This document shows positions 53,072 to 62,379 of a DNA stretch of 64,000 nucleotides, in pieces. This DNA is from an uncultured delta proteobacterium (lineage in GTDB: Bacteria > Desulfobacterota > Binatia > UBA9968), in the NCBI GenBank assembly GCA_963745835.1, contig CAVUZH010000022.1, positions 1 to 64,000 of the forward strand. Reading direction: 5' to 3'. The notes below the pieces were generated by a model. That model saw nothing but the letters and a program-made list of their open reading frames with translations, had not been told where the DNA came from and made no database searches. Each line of letters begins with the position of its first letter. Position 1 is the stretch's first letter. Position numbers and translations under genes: made by a program.

Positions 53072-55072
53072 TTGACCACACAATACATTCTCAAAAATTC
53101 TACTCAACCGATCCGCAACAGCTCAGCACTCGACTACCGGAAAGAGTTAAACGAGGCGCAATATCAGGCGGCAAGCACGGTCGAGGGTCCGCTGCTGATC
53201 ATTGCCGGCGCCGGCACGGGAAAGACTCGCACCCTGGTATATCGCGTCGCTCACTTGATCGACAGCGGGGTCGATCCCCGTTCGATTTTACTGCTGACCT
53301 TTACCCGCCGCGCCGCGGAAGAAATGATTCGCCGAGCGGGGCTGCTGATCGACAGCCGTTGCCATCAGGTGGCCGGCGGAACCTTTCATTCGTTTGCCAA
53401 TCTCGTTCTGCGTGAATATGGCCGGCGCATCGATTTAGCGCCTTCTTTTACCATCATGGATCGAACCGACAGCGAAGCCGTGATCCAAGAGATCCGAGCG
53501 GAAATGGGTTTAAACGTCAAAGACCGGCGTTTTCCACGCAAACAGACCTGCGCCGAGATCTTCAGCATGGCGCTCAACAAACAGACGCCGTTGGGCGAGC
53601 TCATCGAACTGGAATACCCTCATCTTATCGAATCCAACGAAGAACTGATCGATTTGAATCGACGTTACATCGACTACAAGCAAACCAAGTCGCTGGTCGA
53701 CTATGACGATCTCTTGACTAAACTAAAGGATTTGTTGGACAGCCATGAACAGGTGCGCAACCGTCTGTCGGAACGGTTCCGCTTCATCATGGTCGATGAA
53801 TATCAAGACACCAATCACCTGCAATCAAAGATTGTCCGGCTGCTAGCGGCAACCCACAACAACGTTGCCGTGGTCGGCGACGACGCTCAGAGCATCTATT
53901 CGTTTCGCGGCGCCGACTTTCGCAATATCATGGATTTCCCGAAGCAATTCCCCGGCGCGCGGATCATCAAGCTCGAGGAAAACTACCGCAGCACCCAGCC
54001 GATCTTGAATCTTACCAACGAAATCATTCAACGCGCCGCCGAAGGCTACGAAAAGCGTTTGTTCACTCGCAAAAGCGTCGGTCCACGGCCGCGTCTGGTG
54101 CAGGCCGGCAGCGAACAAACACAATCACAGTTTGTTTGCCAGAAGATATTGGAGCTGCGCGAACAAGGTGTGCCGCTATGGGACGTGGCGGTGCTATTCC
54201 GCTCCAGCTTCCATTCCTTCGATCTCGAAATCGAACTCGCGCGGCAAAACATTCCCTTCGTCAAGCGCGGCGGTTTCCAGTTTATGGAAGCGTCCCACGT
54301 CAAGGATCTGCTGGCGCATTTGCGGATTTTGGCTAATCCGCAGGATGCGATTTCCTGGAGCCGCGTGCTGCTGCTGCTTGAAGGCATCGGACCGGGGGCA
54401 AATCAAAAAATTATCAAATGGCTGCTGGACGGCGGTAATCCAATTGAGCGGTTGCGCACCTATCCGGCCAGGGGCAAGATCGCTCAGGGTTTGAAAACAT
54501 TGGCGCAAGTCCTTGAAGTAACCTCCGAGGCCGAGCTGCCCGTTGAGCAGGCGCAATATCTGATGCAATATTACACGCCGATCCTCAAGCAGAACTATCC
54601 CGACGACCATCCAAAACGCTTACGCGACCTGGAACACTTCCAGGGCATGACCGAACGTTATCGCAATCTCGAACGTCTGCTCAGCGACATGGCGCTGGAG
54701 CCTCCGAATGACAGCATCGCCGGGGTGCTCGCGGTTAATCCGGATGAAGGTCCGCTCATTCTCTCGACCATTCATTCCGCCAAAGGGCTCGAGTGGAACT
54801 CGGTTTTTATCATTTGGGCCTTGGAAGGAAGATTCCCGTCCATCTACAACACCAATACGACCGAAGAACTGGAGGAAGAAAGACGTTTGCTGTACGTCGC
54901 GGCAACCCGCGCTAAGCAGAATCTTTTTATTTCCTACCCGACCAGGGTTTTTGACAAGAGCTTGCGCATGGTGTTATCTCGCCCCTCGCAGTTCGTGGAC
55001 GGCATCTCGCATCGGCTGCTCGAACCGGTCTCGCTGGTGCCCGAGGGAAGTCTTTGGAGTTGGGAGAGTTAA
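53072..55072 (+). CDS. UvrD/PcrA/Rep family ATP-dependent DNA helicase
   Basis: AGAGTGKT, TFTRRAA, TFHS, VDEYQD, VGDDAQSIYSFRGA, NYRS, TIHSAKGLEW, EERRLLYVAATRA. Confidence 0.96.
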   Translation: MTTQYILKNSTQPIRNSSALDYRKELNEAQYQAASTVEGPLLIIAGAGTGKTRTLVYRVAHLIDSGVDPRSILLLTFTRRAAEEMIRRAGLLIDSRCHQVAGGTFHSFANLVLREYGRRIDLAPSFTIMDRTDSEAVIQEIRAEMGLNVKDRRFPRKQTCAEIFSMALNKQTPLGELIELEYPHLIESNEELIDLNRRYIDYKQTKSLVDYDDLLTKLKDLLDSHEQVRNRLSERFRFIMVDEYQDTNHLQSKIVRLLAATHNNVAVVGDDAQSIYSFRGADFRNIMDFPKQFPGARIIKLEENYRSTQPILNLTNEIIQRAAEGYEKRLFTRKSVGPRPRLVQAGSEQTQSQFVCQKILELREQGVPLWDVAVLFRSSFHSFDLEIELARQNIPFVKRGGFQFMEASHVKDLLAHLRILANPQDAISWSRVLLLLEGIGPGANQKIIKWLLDGGNPIERLRTYPARGKIAQGLKTLAQVLEVTSEAELPVEQAQYLMQYYTPILKQNYPDDHPKRLRDLEHFQGMTERYRNLERLLSDMALEPPNDSIAGVLAVNPDEGPLILSTIHSAKGLEWNSVFIIWALEGRFPSIYNTNTTEELEEERRLLYVAATRAKQNLFISYPTRVFDKSLRMVLSRPSQFVDGISHRLLEPVSLVPEGSLWSWES

Positions 55073-55076
55073 ATTC

Positions 55077-56594
55077 ATGGTGCAATTGTTGCTCGGCTTT
55101 GTGGTATTCGTTAGCGGTGCGGTTTTGATGTCGCTGGAGATCGCCGGCAGCCGCATCCTCGCTCCTCATTTCGGCAGTTCGATCTTTGTCTGGGGCAGCC
55201 TGATCTCAGTGGTAATGGCCTCCCTGAGCGTCGGTTATTACTGGGGCGGCTGGCTTTCAGCCCGGGACCCCTCTTACGGCCGGCTGCTGATCCTCCTTCT
55301 GATTCCGGGAATCGTGATCTTCTTTCTTCCATTCGTTTATCCCTCGGCGAACGAATGGGTGGCGCGCAACGATTTCGGCATGCGCCTGAATCCGCTGATC
55401 GCTTGTACCATGCTTTTTTTATTGCCCGGGGTGTTTCTCGGAACCATTTCGCCTTATGCGATTCGGCTCGCTGCAACGACACTTTCCACCGTCGGCAGCA
55501 CCGCCGGCACTCTCTACGCCGTGTCGACCTGCGGCAGTATTTTCGGCACCCTGTTGACCGCCTTTTATCTGATTCCTGCGGCTGGTGTCCGCAATATTAT
55601 TCACGGACTCGGGATTACTCTGGTTTGTCTGTCGCTATTTGTAGTACCTTTGGTCCGCCTGCGGGGCATTACCCTTGCCCGGGCGGTTACCGCGGTCACT
55701 GTCATACTCGGATCCTTCATGATGCCTTGGACACCCGGCGCTCTGGCACGGATAAAAACACTCGTTGAGAAGGAAACTTTCTATCACCGCATTCGCGTCG
55801 AAGAAGACGATGAAGCCCGCTACATGTACTTCGACCGAACCCTGCAAAGCGCCATGAATCTAAAGGATCCCACCGCGCTCAGACTGATCTACTCGCGCTA
55901 TACGTCCTTGGGACTTGCATTTCGGCCCGACGCCAAAAAAATGGCCCTGATCGGGCTCGGCGGCGGCTCGATACCGAAGAAGCTGCTCAAGGAATTTTCC
56001 TCTTTGGAAATCGACGCGGTGGAGCTCGACCCCGAAGTTATCCAAATCGCCAAAACCCACTTCAACGTGCGCGAGAGCAACAACTTGAGATTGCACGCTC
56101 AGGATGGACGCATGTTTCTGTCGCGGACGCAGCATCAATACGACATCATCCTGCTCGACGCATACTTTACCGATGCCATGCCCTTCCATCTGGCGACTAA
56201 GGAATTCTTCGAATTGGCGCAGAAGAAACTCACTCCTAACGGCATCATCGTCGCAAACCTGATCAGCGCCGTCACCGGTCCCTCGGGCAAAATCGCGCGT
56301 TCGTTCGTGAAAACTCAGCGGCAAGTTTTCCCCCAGACTTACGTCTTCGCCGCACGGCGCCCGGACAACGTCAGCGTCGAGACCATTCAGAACGTCATTG
56401 TGATCGCGACCCGCGACAAGCAGCGACTCGATATCAAAGAGATCGTGAAGCGGGCAACGTCCATCGACAAGGGTCTTTTTCCTAATCCGATTCAGGACAT
56501 CGCCGTTGCTTATTTCGATCGGCCGCTGCCTGATCACGATGTCCCCGTGCTGACCGATGATTACGCGCCGACCGATAACTTACTGCATCCTTAG
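55077..56594 (+). CDS. fused membrane domain / spermidine-synthase-like methyltransferase
   Basis: N-term TMs (LEIAGSRILAPHFGSSIFVWG); IGLGGG, VELDPEV, DGR, YDIILLDAY, LTDDYAP. Confidence 0.92.
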   Translation: MVQLLLGFVVFVSGAVLMSLEIAGSRILAPHFGSSIFVWGSLISVVMASLSVGYYWGGWLSARDPSYGRLLILLLIPGIVIFFLPFVYPSANEWVARNDFGMRLNPLIACTMLFLLPGVFLGTISPYAIRLAATTLSTVGSTAGTLYAVSTCGSIFGTLLTAFYLIPAAGVRNIIHGLGITLVCLSLFVVPLVRLRGITLARAVTAVTVILGSFMMPWTPGALARIKTLVEKETFYHRIRVEEDDEARYMYFDRTLQSAMNLKDPTALRLIYSRYTSLGLAFRPDAKKMALIGLGGGSIPKKLLKEFSSLEIDAVELDPEVIQIAKTHFNVRESNNLRLHAQDGRMFLSRTQHQYDIILLDAYFTDAMPFHLATKEFFELAQKKLTPNGIIVANLISAVTGPSGKIARSFVKTQRQVFPQTYVFAARRPDNVSVETIQNVIVIATRDKQRLDIKEIVKRATSIDKGLFPNPIQDIAVAYFDRPLPDHDVPVLTDDYAPTDNLLHP

Positions 56595-57207
56595 CGCGCT
56601 GCTGCTTGCCTCGTGTTCTGCAATTACTTCTCCGGCGCCGGAACGGGTCGTCCAGGTCAAGGTGTTGGGCGATGTAAGCCTCAGGGCAAGAAATACCCGC
56701 TGGAATGAGGAAGTCCGAGGTCTGATTGAAGCCGCGTCAGACTACTACGAAAGAGAGTTCAACGTTCGTTTGGTCACCCAAAGCGTTTCAGCGTGGCCGC
56801 TCAAGGAGCGCATTCGTGGCACCCCCGAATTGCTGGCCAGGCTCGAACAAGATTTTCCACAGACAAAGAACCACGATCATGATCTGGTAATCGCTTTTAC
56901 TGCCGAAGGAATGAGCCGGTATACCAGAGCCGGCCGGCCACGGGTCGATCGAATCGGCAACTGTCAGCAAGGGTTGGGCGGGTATGCGGTTGTGCCGGTC
57001 AGTAGAGTCGTTCACTACACCGGATGGCGTGGCAACCCGGAACCTGAAGTCATCGCTCTAATCCACGAAATCGGCCATATCTTCGGCGCCCAACACGTCA
57101 CTGACACGGCTTCAATCATGCACGAAGACTTCGACTACCGCAGCGAGTTTGACGCCACCAACCGCGCCGTGATTGAAAGAAACAAGCTCTGCCGGTTTGC
57201 CAAATAA
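56557..57207 (+). CDS. metzincin zinc metallopeptidase lipoprotein
   Basis: Lipobox LLASC; HEIGHIFGAQH and Met-turn SIM. Confidence 0.85.
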   Translation: MITRRPITYCILSALLLASCSAITSPAPERVVQVKVLGDVSLRARNTRWNEEVRGLIEAASDYYEREFNVRLVTQSVSAWPLKERIRGTPELLARLEQDFPQTKNHDHDLVIAFTAEGMSRYTRAGRPRVDRIGNCQQGLGGYAVVPVSRVVHYTGWRGNPEPEVIALIHEIGHIFGAQHVTDTASIMHEDFDYRSEFDATNRAVIERNKLCRFAK

Positions 57208-57217
57208 GAAACGGAAG

Positions 57218-57280
57218 GTTCCAATCGTTCCAGTGGTTCCAACAGTTCCAATGGTTTCAATAGTTCGAAATGTTCCAGTT
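57218..57280. repeat. 9-bp tandem repeat (GTTCCANNN x7)
   Basis: gttccaatc gttccagtg gttccaaca gttccaatg gtttcaata gttcgaaat gttccagtt; inverted TTGGAAC units follow near 57328-57361. Confidence 0.85.
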
Positions 57281-57400
57281 GGCCGAATCACAATCTCCAA
57301 TGTCTGAACGTCTCCAATCGTCGCACCTTGGAACTCCGTCTTCCGGATAAACGGTTGGAACGGCTTAGTTTCTGAGTTTGCTGGACCGACTTAATTTTAT

Positions 57401-58162
57401 ATGTCCTTAGACAACATCCGAATAGTGATGGTTCGCCCGCGCGGCTCGGGCAATATCGGCTCAGTGGCACGCGCTATGAAGAATACAGGACTGCGTGAAT
57501 TGGCCGTGGCCGGCAAATCGCGCACCCAGAGTTTTTGGGCCCGGGCCATGGCGGTGCATGGACGGGATATTTTAAATAACACGCGCTCTTATCAAACGCT
57601 CCGAGAAGCTGTTGCCGAATGCACGCTCGTGGTCGGAACGACTTGCCGGCAAGGTCTGTATCGCGCTCACAGCCGAAGCCCGCGGGACGTTGCCGTCGAG
57701 ATCGTTGCCGCGGCAGCAACTGGCAAAGTGGCTTTGATCTTTGGTCCCGAGGACCACGGCCTCAGTAACGAAGATTTGAAGCACTGTCAATTACTCATCA
57801 ACATTCCCGCCGATCCGCAATACCAGTCCCTGAACGTGGCGCAAGCCGCAATGATCTGTCTTTATGAGATCTATCTGGCATCGCTCGGCGAACCGATGAA
57901 AGAAAGTTTACCGCTGGCGCGTGCCGAGGATGTCGAGCGTCTTTATGACCGCATGCGCTCATCGCTATTAAAAATCGGCTTTCTTGACTCGCAAAATCCT
58001 GAGCACATGCTGTTTGCATTCAGACGCATTCTGGGACGCACCCGGCTGGAAGACAGAGACGTGCGAATCCTCACCGGCCTGTTTCGGCAGATCGAATGGT
58101 ATGCGGAGCGGGGATGGAAAGTGATACAAGAGAAAGAAAAGCAAGGGATCAAAATTCGTTAG
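57401..58162 (+). CDS. trmJ: SPOUT tRNA/rRNA methyltransferase (TrmJ/LasT family)
   Basis: GNIGSVARAMKN, VGTT, FGPEDHGLSNEDL, YQSLNVAQA. Confidence 0.88.
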   Translation: MSLDNIRIVMVRPRGSGNIGSVARAMKNTGLRELAVAGKSRTQSFWARAMAVHGRDILNNTRSYQTLREAVAECTLVVGTTCRQGLYRAHSRSPRDVAVEIVAAAATGKVALIFGPEDHGLSNEDLKHCQLLINIPADPQYQSLNVAQAAMICLYEIYLASLGEPMKESLPLARAEDVERLYDRMRSSLLKIGFLDSQNPEHMLFAFRRILGRTRLEDRDVRILTGLFRQIEWYAERGWKVIQEKEKQGIKIR

Positions 58163-58171
58163 GAGGCTTAA

Positions 58172-58813
58172 GTGAACGTCAACCATTTCGAACCGGAGAA
58201 AACCGGGCTGCTATTCTTCGACATCTTGAATGGCTATGTTCCTGCGCCCGAACCGGGCAAGCAGCGGGTTCTAAAACCATGGATTCAAAATGCCGTGAGA
58301 CTTAGCAAAGCCGGCCGGGCCGCCGGTCTGCCGGTATTTTTTGCCAAGGGCAATCACCGGCCGGACAATGCCACCACCGCGCTACTTCTCACCGACACTA
58401 ACAATTCGTTAACCCCGTGGCCCAACGGCGAGGTGAGCAAACCTAAAATGCATGTTATCGCCGGCGATAAAAGCTCCGATCCCCTTGCCGAACTGGACCC
58501 GAGCCCGGACGATTACTACATCGTGAAATATCGCTGGAGCGCATTTCATCAAACCTATCTCGATCTAGCTTTACGAGCGCGCGGCATAGATACCCTAATT
58601 ATTTCCGGCGGCTCCACTGATGTCGGCGTCGCTTCGACTTTGTATTCGGGAAGGGACATGGACTATAACATGATCGTCGCCAGTGATGCTTGCGGCACAT
58701 CTCATGACCAGCGCGTCCACGACATGCTCATAGAGCTGATTTTCCCGCGCATGGCGCGTGTGCGAACCACCGAGCAAATTATTCAGATGATTGAAAAGGC
58801 GCGAAGCAAATAG
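58172..58813 (+). CDS. isochorismatase-family hydrolase
   Basis: LLFFDILNGY, VKYRWSAF, GIDTLIISGGSTDVGVAST, DAC. Confidence 0.9.
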   Translation: MNVNHFEPEKTGLLFFDILNGYVPAPEPGKQRVLKPWIQNAVRLSKAGRAAGLPVFFAKGNHRPDNATTALLLTDTNNSLTPWPNGEVSKPKMHVIAGDKSSDPLAELDPSPDDYYIVKYRWSAFHQTYLDLALRARGIDTLIISGGSTDVGVASTLYSGRDMDYNMIVASDACGTSHDQRVHDMLIELIFPRMARVRTTEQIIQMIEKARSK

Positions 58814-58825
58814 CATTAGACTGAT

Positions 58826-58942
58826 AAGCAGCTTGTTTTAGGTTTAATTTGCGAGACGCGCGACATTCGACAAGCTCAGACGTACGCGGCAGTACGTTGA
58901 AGCGAGCAACGAAGCAAAATAAGCCCTTTTTTAAACGGCCTG
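58826..58942. repeat. degenerate copy of the CTAG-MITE family
   Basis: Retains GCGAGACGCGCG, the CGTAC-loop-GTACG hairpin, AACGAAGC and the TTTTT..ACGGCCTG end. Confidence 0.5.
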
Positions 58943-58960
58943 ACCAAAGGAGACAAAGCA

Positions 58961-60097
58961 ATGACGAGCAATGGAAAACCGCCGGTGGGCATCAGCAAGA
59001 ACATCAAACAAATCGGTCGAATGGATATTCCAGGCGGAGGTTCGGTAGTTGTTGAAAATGGCTACGCCTATGTCGGTCACATGGACCCGCCGCATGGCAC
59101 GTCGATCATTGACGCGCGCGACCCGAAGAATCTTAAGGTCGTAGCGCACCTGGAAATTTCTGAGGGACTCCACTCTCACAAGGTGCGCGTGAGCGGCGAC
59201 ATCATGCTGATCAACTATGAACGTTATAAAGCGAGGCAGGAGCTCGACTCCGGCTTGAAAATTTTCGATATCTCGAATAGGTCCAAGCCGCGTGAAATTG
59301 CGTTCTTCAAAACGCATGGCAAAGGCGTGCACCGTTTTACGTTTGATGGCCGCTACGCCTACATTTCGCCGACCCTGGAAGGGTACCAAGGAAACATTGC
59401 CATGGTTCTGGATTTGAAGAATCCGGAAAAGCCCGAAGAGGTCTGCCGCTGGTGGATGCCGGGTCAGTGGACTGCCGGCGGTGAAACGCCGACCTGGCGC
59501 GGCACCGACACGCGCTGTCATCACCCGATCCGCAGGGACAACCGGCTTTACATCAGTTACTGGCACGGCGGCTTTGCGATCGTCGATATCTCGGACATGA
59601 GCAAACCGAAGACCATCAGCAGCCTGGATTGGAGCCCGCCTTATCCTTGCCCGACCCACACGACCTTGCCGATGCTCAACAAAATCATGGAGCGGGACTG
59701 GTTGATTGTCACCGACGAGGAGGTCGGCGAGAAACTCAATGAAACTCACAACGCATTCCTCTGGGTAGTCGATATTACCAAAGAAGAACTGCCGCTGCCG
59801 GTGGCGACATTTATCGTGCCTTTCGAAGGTAAATCGACACATCTGAACCGATTCGGCGCGCACCAGCCGGCCGAACAGGTTTACGGCAATACATTATACG
59901 TAACCTGGTTCGCAGGTGGTCTCCGGGCGGTGGATTTTTCCAATCCCTACATTCCGAAGGAAGTCGGCTATTACGTGCCGATGCCCGGCAAGGGTCAGTC
60001 GGCGGTGATGAGCAACGATGTTTTTCACGATAAAGACGGCAAGCTCTATCTGATGGACCGCTACGAAGGCCTGGAAGTACTCGAGCCGCAGATATAG
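58961..60097 (+). CDS. LVIVD-repeat beta-propeller protein
   Basis: YAYVG, GLKIFDIS, GFAIVDISD, GLRAVDFSNPY; His-rich blade loops. Confidence 0.88.
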   Translation: MTSNGKPPVGISKNIKQIGRMDIPGGGSVVVENGYAYVGHMDPPHGTSIIDARDPKNLKVVAHLEISEGLHSHKVRVSGDIMLINYERYKARQELDSGLKIFDISNRSKPREIAFFKTHGKGVHRFTFDGRYAYISPTLEGYQGNIAMVLDLKNPEKPEEVCRWWMPGQWTAGGETPTWRGTDTRCHHPIRRDNRLYISYWHGGFAIVDISDMSKPKTISSLDWSPPYPCPTHTTLPMLNKIMERDWLIVTDEEVGEKLNETHNAFLWVVDITKEELPLPVATFIVPFEGKSTHLNRFGAHQPAEQVYGNTLYVTWFAGGLRAVDFSNPYIPKEVGYYVPMPGKGQSAVMSNDVFHDKDGKLYLMDRYEGLEVLEPQI

Positions 60098-60110
60098 CTC
60101 GCTCAAGCGA

Positions 60111-60150
60111 GTTCAAAACGTTCAAGCTGTTCAAGTTCAAATCGTTTGAA
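60111..60150. repeat. short GTTCAA tandem repeat
   Basis: gttcaaaac gttcaagct gttcaa gttcaaatc. Confidence 0.65.
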
Positions 60151-60206
60151 GTTGTCGAATGACCGGCTCCGAAGGAGCTCGCATTACTAAATTTGAGGAG
60201 TGCCAA

Positions 60207-60938
60207 ATGGTAATTACAAATGCTCAGTCAGGGACCAACATTCACGAGATCGCAGATCGGATTTATCGCATCAACACACCCGTTATCATCGAAGGTGGAC
60301 CGGGAGGCTTCTCATTCAATCAGTATCTCATCGTTGACGATCAGCCACTACTCTTTCACACCGGACCGCGAAAAATGTTCCCATTGGTTCGTGAGGCGGT
60401 GGCGAGCGTCATTCCGGTTGAGCGGCTGCGTTACGTTGCATTCTCGCATGTCGAGGCCGATGAATGCGGCTCGCTTAACCAATGGCTTACGGCAGCGCCT
60501 CGGTCTTTGCCGCTCTGCGGCAGCATCGCTGCGCTAGTGTCGATTGAAGACCTTGCTGATCGTTCGCCGCGCGCGCTGGCTGACGGGGAGCTGCTCTCGC
60601 TTGGTGAACATTCCGTGAGATGGTTCGATACGCCGCACCTTCCGCATGCCTGGGAATGCGGCTTCCTGATGGAAGAAGCGACGAAAACACTGCTCTGCGG
60701 TGATCTCTTCACTCAAGGTGGCGCCGATCATCCGCCGATCACCGAGTCGGACATTCTGGGCCCAAGCGAGGCCTTCCGTAAGTCACTCGATTACTACTCG
60801 CACACCAAAAATGCTCGCCCGATGCTCGAGAGACTTGCGGCCGCGCAACCGACGACAATGGCGTGTATGCACGGCAGCGCCTGGCAAGGCGATGGCGCCG
60901 CACTCCTGCGCGCCTTAGCTGACTCACTATCAGCTTAG
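60207..60938 (+). CDS. metallo-beta-lactamase fold protein (FprA/ODP-like di-iron)
   Basis: FNQYLI, SHVEADECG, TPHLPH, LCGDLF, CMHG. Confidence 0.88.
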   Translation: MVITNAQSGTNIHEIADRIYRINTPVIIEGGPGGFSFNQYLIVDDQPLLFHTGPRKMFPLVREAVASVIPVERLRYVAFSHVEADECGSLNQWLTAAPRSLPLCGSIAALVSIEDLADRSPRALADGELLSLGEHSVRWFDTPHLPHAWECGFLMEEATKTLLCGDLFTQGGADHPPITESDILGPSEAFRKSLDYYSHTKNARPMLERLAAAQPTTMACMHGSAWQGDGAALLRALADSLSA

Positions 60939-60944
60939 TGCAAG

Positions 60945-61853
60945 CTACTCAGTACGCGCTTTTCTCCCCTCCTCCATCTCTTCCAACGTTTTAGGCCAGT
61001 CGGCTTTGAGCAAGCGCGACAGCGAACGATCGGCGAGCAAGCGCCCGCCGGTTTGGCACTTCGCGCAGTAGTTGGTTTCGTTTTCGGCATAGGCGATTCG
61101 CTGCACCGGTGAACCGCAGACCGGGCATGGTTTGCGATACTTGCCGTGAACCGCCATGTCATCACGGAAGGCGGTGACCCGTTCGGGAAAATTCTTGCCT
61201 GTGTCTTTGCGCAATCGCTGGATCCACTCGCGTAAAACTTCTTTGGTTGCTCGATAGAGTCTTTCGATTTCTACCTCGCTGAGATGTTGGGTCTGCTTGA
61301 TCGGCGATAATCCGGCGCGATGGAGAATTTCGTCGGAGTAAGCGTTGCCAATGCCGCTGAAAACGTGAGGATCGGTCATCGTTCTCTTAAGCGTGTGATT
61401 CTCGTCGATCAGCGCGGCGCGGAACGCATTCAGATCGGCGCCGAAGATTTCCAATCCTCCAGGATCGTGTTCGGCCAACCGTTCCCTGCCGCGGATCAGA
61501 TGAAGGGACGCTCGCTTTTTTGTGCCCATCTCGGTCAATAGTAAAGTACCGGCAGGGAAATCGAGCGCAGCATGACCGAATTTCCGCGGCACCGGCGCGC
61601 CGCGCTTTTTCCAGTGGAACCGGCCAGCGATCATAAGGTGAAAGATCATAAAGAGCTCGTCTTCCAATTCGAACACGATGCGCTTACCTATACGGTCAAA
61701 CGCAACGACCTTTTTTCCTTCCGCAGTTTGGATCGGCGGATCGAACGAGCGCAATATGAAAGGGCTGGCTATGCGTATTTTCTGCAGCGGCTGGTTCAGC
61801 AATCGATTTTGAAGCGCTTCGATGTAAACGGTGATATCGGGAAGTTCCGGCAT
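60945..61853 (-). CDS. Fpg/Nei family DNA glycosylase/AP lyase
   Basis: N-term PELP, GK, HLMIAG, GIGNAYSDEIL, zinc finger CPVC...CAKCQ. Confidence 0.94.
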   Translation of the reverse strand: MPELPDITVYIEALQNRLLNQPLQKIRIASPFILRSFDPPIQTAEGKKVVAFDRIGKRIVFELEDELFMIFHLMIAGRFHWKKRGAPVPRKFGHAALDFPAGTLLLTEMGTKKRASLHLIRGRERLAEHDPGGLEIFGADLNAFRAALIDENHTLKRTMTDPHVFSGIGNAYSDEILHRAGLSPIKQTQHLSEVEIERLYRATKEVLREWIQRLRKDTGKNFPERVTAFRDDMAVHGKYRKPCPVCGSPVQRIAYAENETNYCAKCQTGGRLLADRSLSRLLKADWPKTLEEMEEGRKARTE

Positions 61854-61980
61854 GGTTAGATTTTCTGACTAACACGCGCGGCGATTAATTGACAAGCGGA
61901 CGGCAAGTCGGAACTCCGGCTTGAATTCTGCATGGACTCTGCCTTGCTTTTCGCGGCGCTTTCTCCTACATACCAGACTC

Positions 61981-62328
61981 ATGAAGATCATGAGAATTTA
62001 CACCGGAGCAGACAACGAATCGCACTTCGAAGAAAAAGAAATCAATCTCAAGTTCAATGGCGATATGGAAGCCTCCGAGCTGGAGCCTGCCACGGGAGTT
62101 TTTTTTCGCCAAGCTCCGGTTAATCACCTGAACGACTTCCATCCAGCGCCGCGGCGCCAGTACATCATCACTTTGTCAGGCGAGGTGGAGATCGAGATTG
62201 GCGACGGCACCATCAAACGTTTCGGCAAAGGCGATATCATGCTCGCCGACGACACCACCGGCCGCGGTCATATCACCCGCGTGCTCGGCAACCAACCGCG
62301 GATCTACGTGACCATTCCTCTAAAGTAA
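61981..62328 (+). CDS. cupin-fold protein
   Basis: ESHFEE, HPAPRRQYIITLSG, DDTTGRGH. Confidence 0.85.
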   Translation: MKIMRIYTGADNESHFEEKEINLKFNGDMEASELEPATGVFFRQAPVNHLNDFHPAPRRQYIITLSGEVEIEIGDGTIKRFGKGDIMLADDTTGRGHITRVLGNQPRIYVTIPLK

Positions 62329-62379
62329 AGGTATCCCATCAGCAATCTGATTTCAGACGAAGCGCCACAGCGTGGTCGC

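Noticed and set aside
54708-55076. N-terminal extension of the spermidine-synthase-like ORF
   Set aside because: Overlaps the helicase in another frame; the real start is the ATG at 55077.
57218-57280. CRISPR array or LexA (GTTC-N7-GTTC) boxes
   Set aside because: Unit is 9 bp with no spacers or cas genes, and the period is 9, not 11.
58931-59863. 310-aa antisense ORF (and similar long shadow ORFs elsewhere)
   Set aside because: Mirror frame of a well-supported gene in GC-rich DNA, with no motifs of its own.
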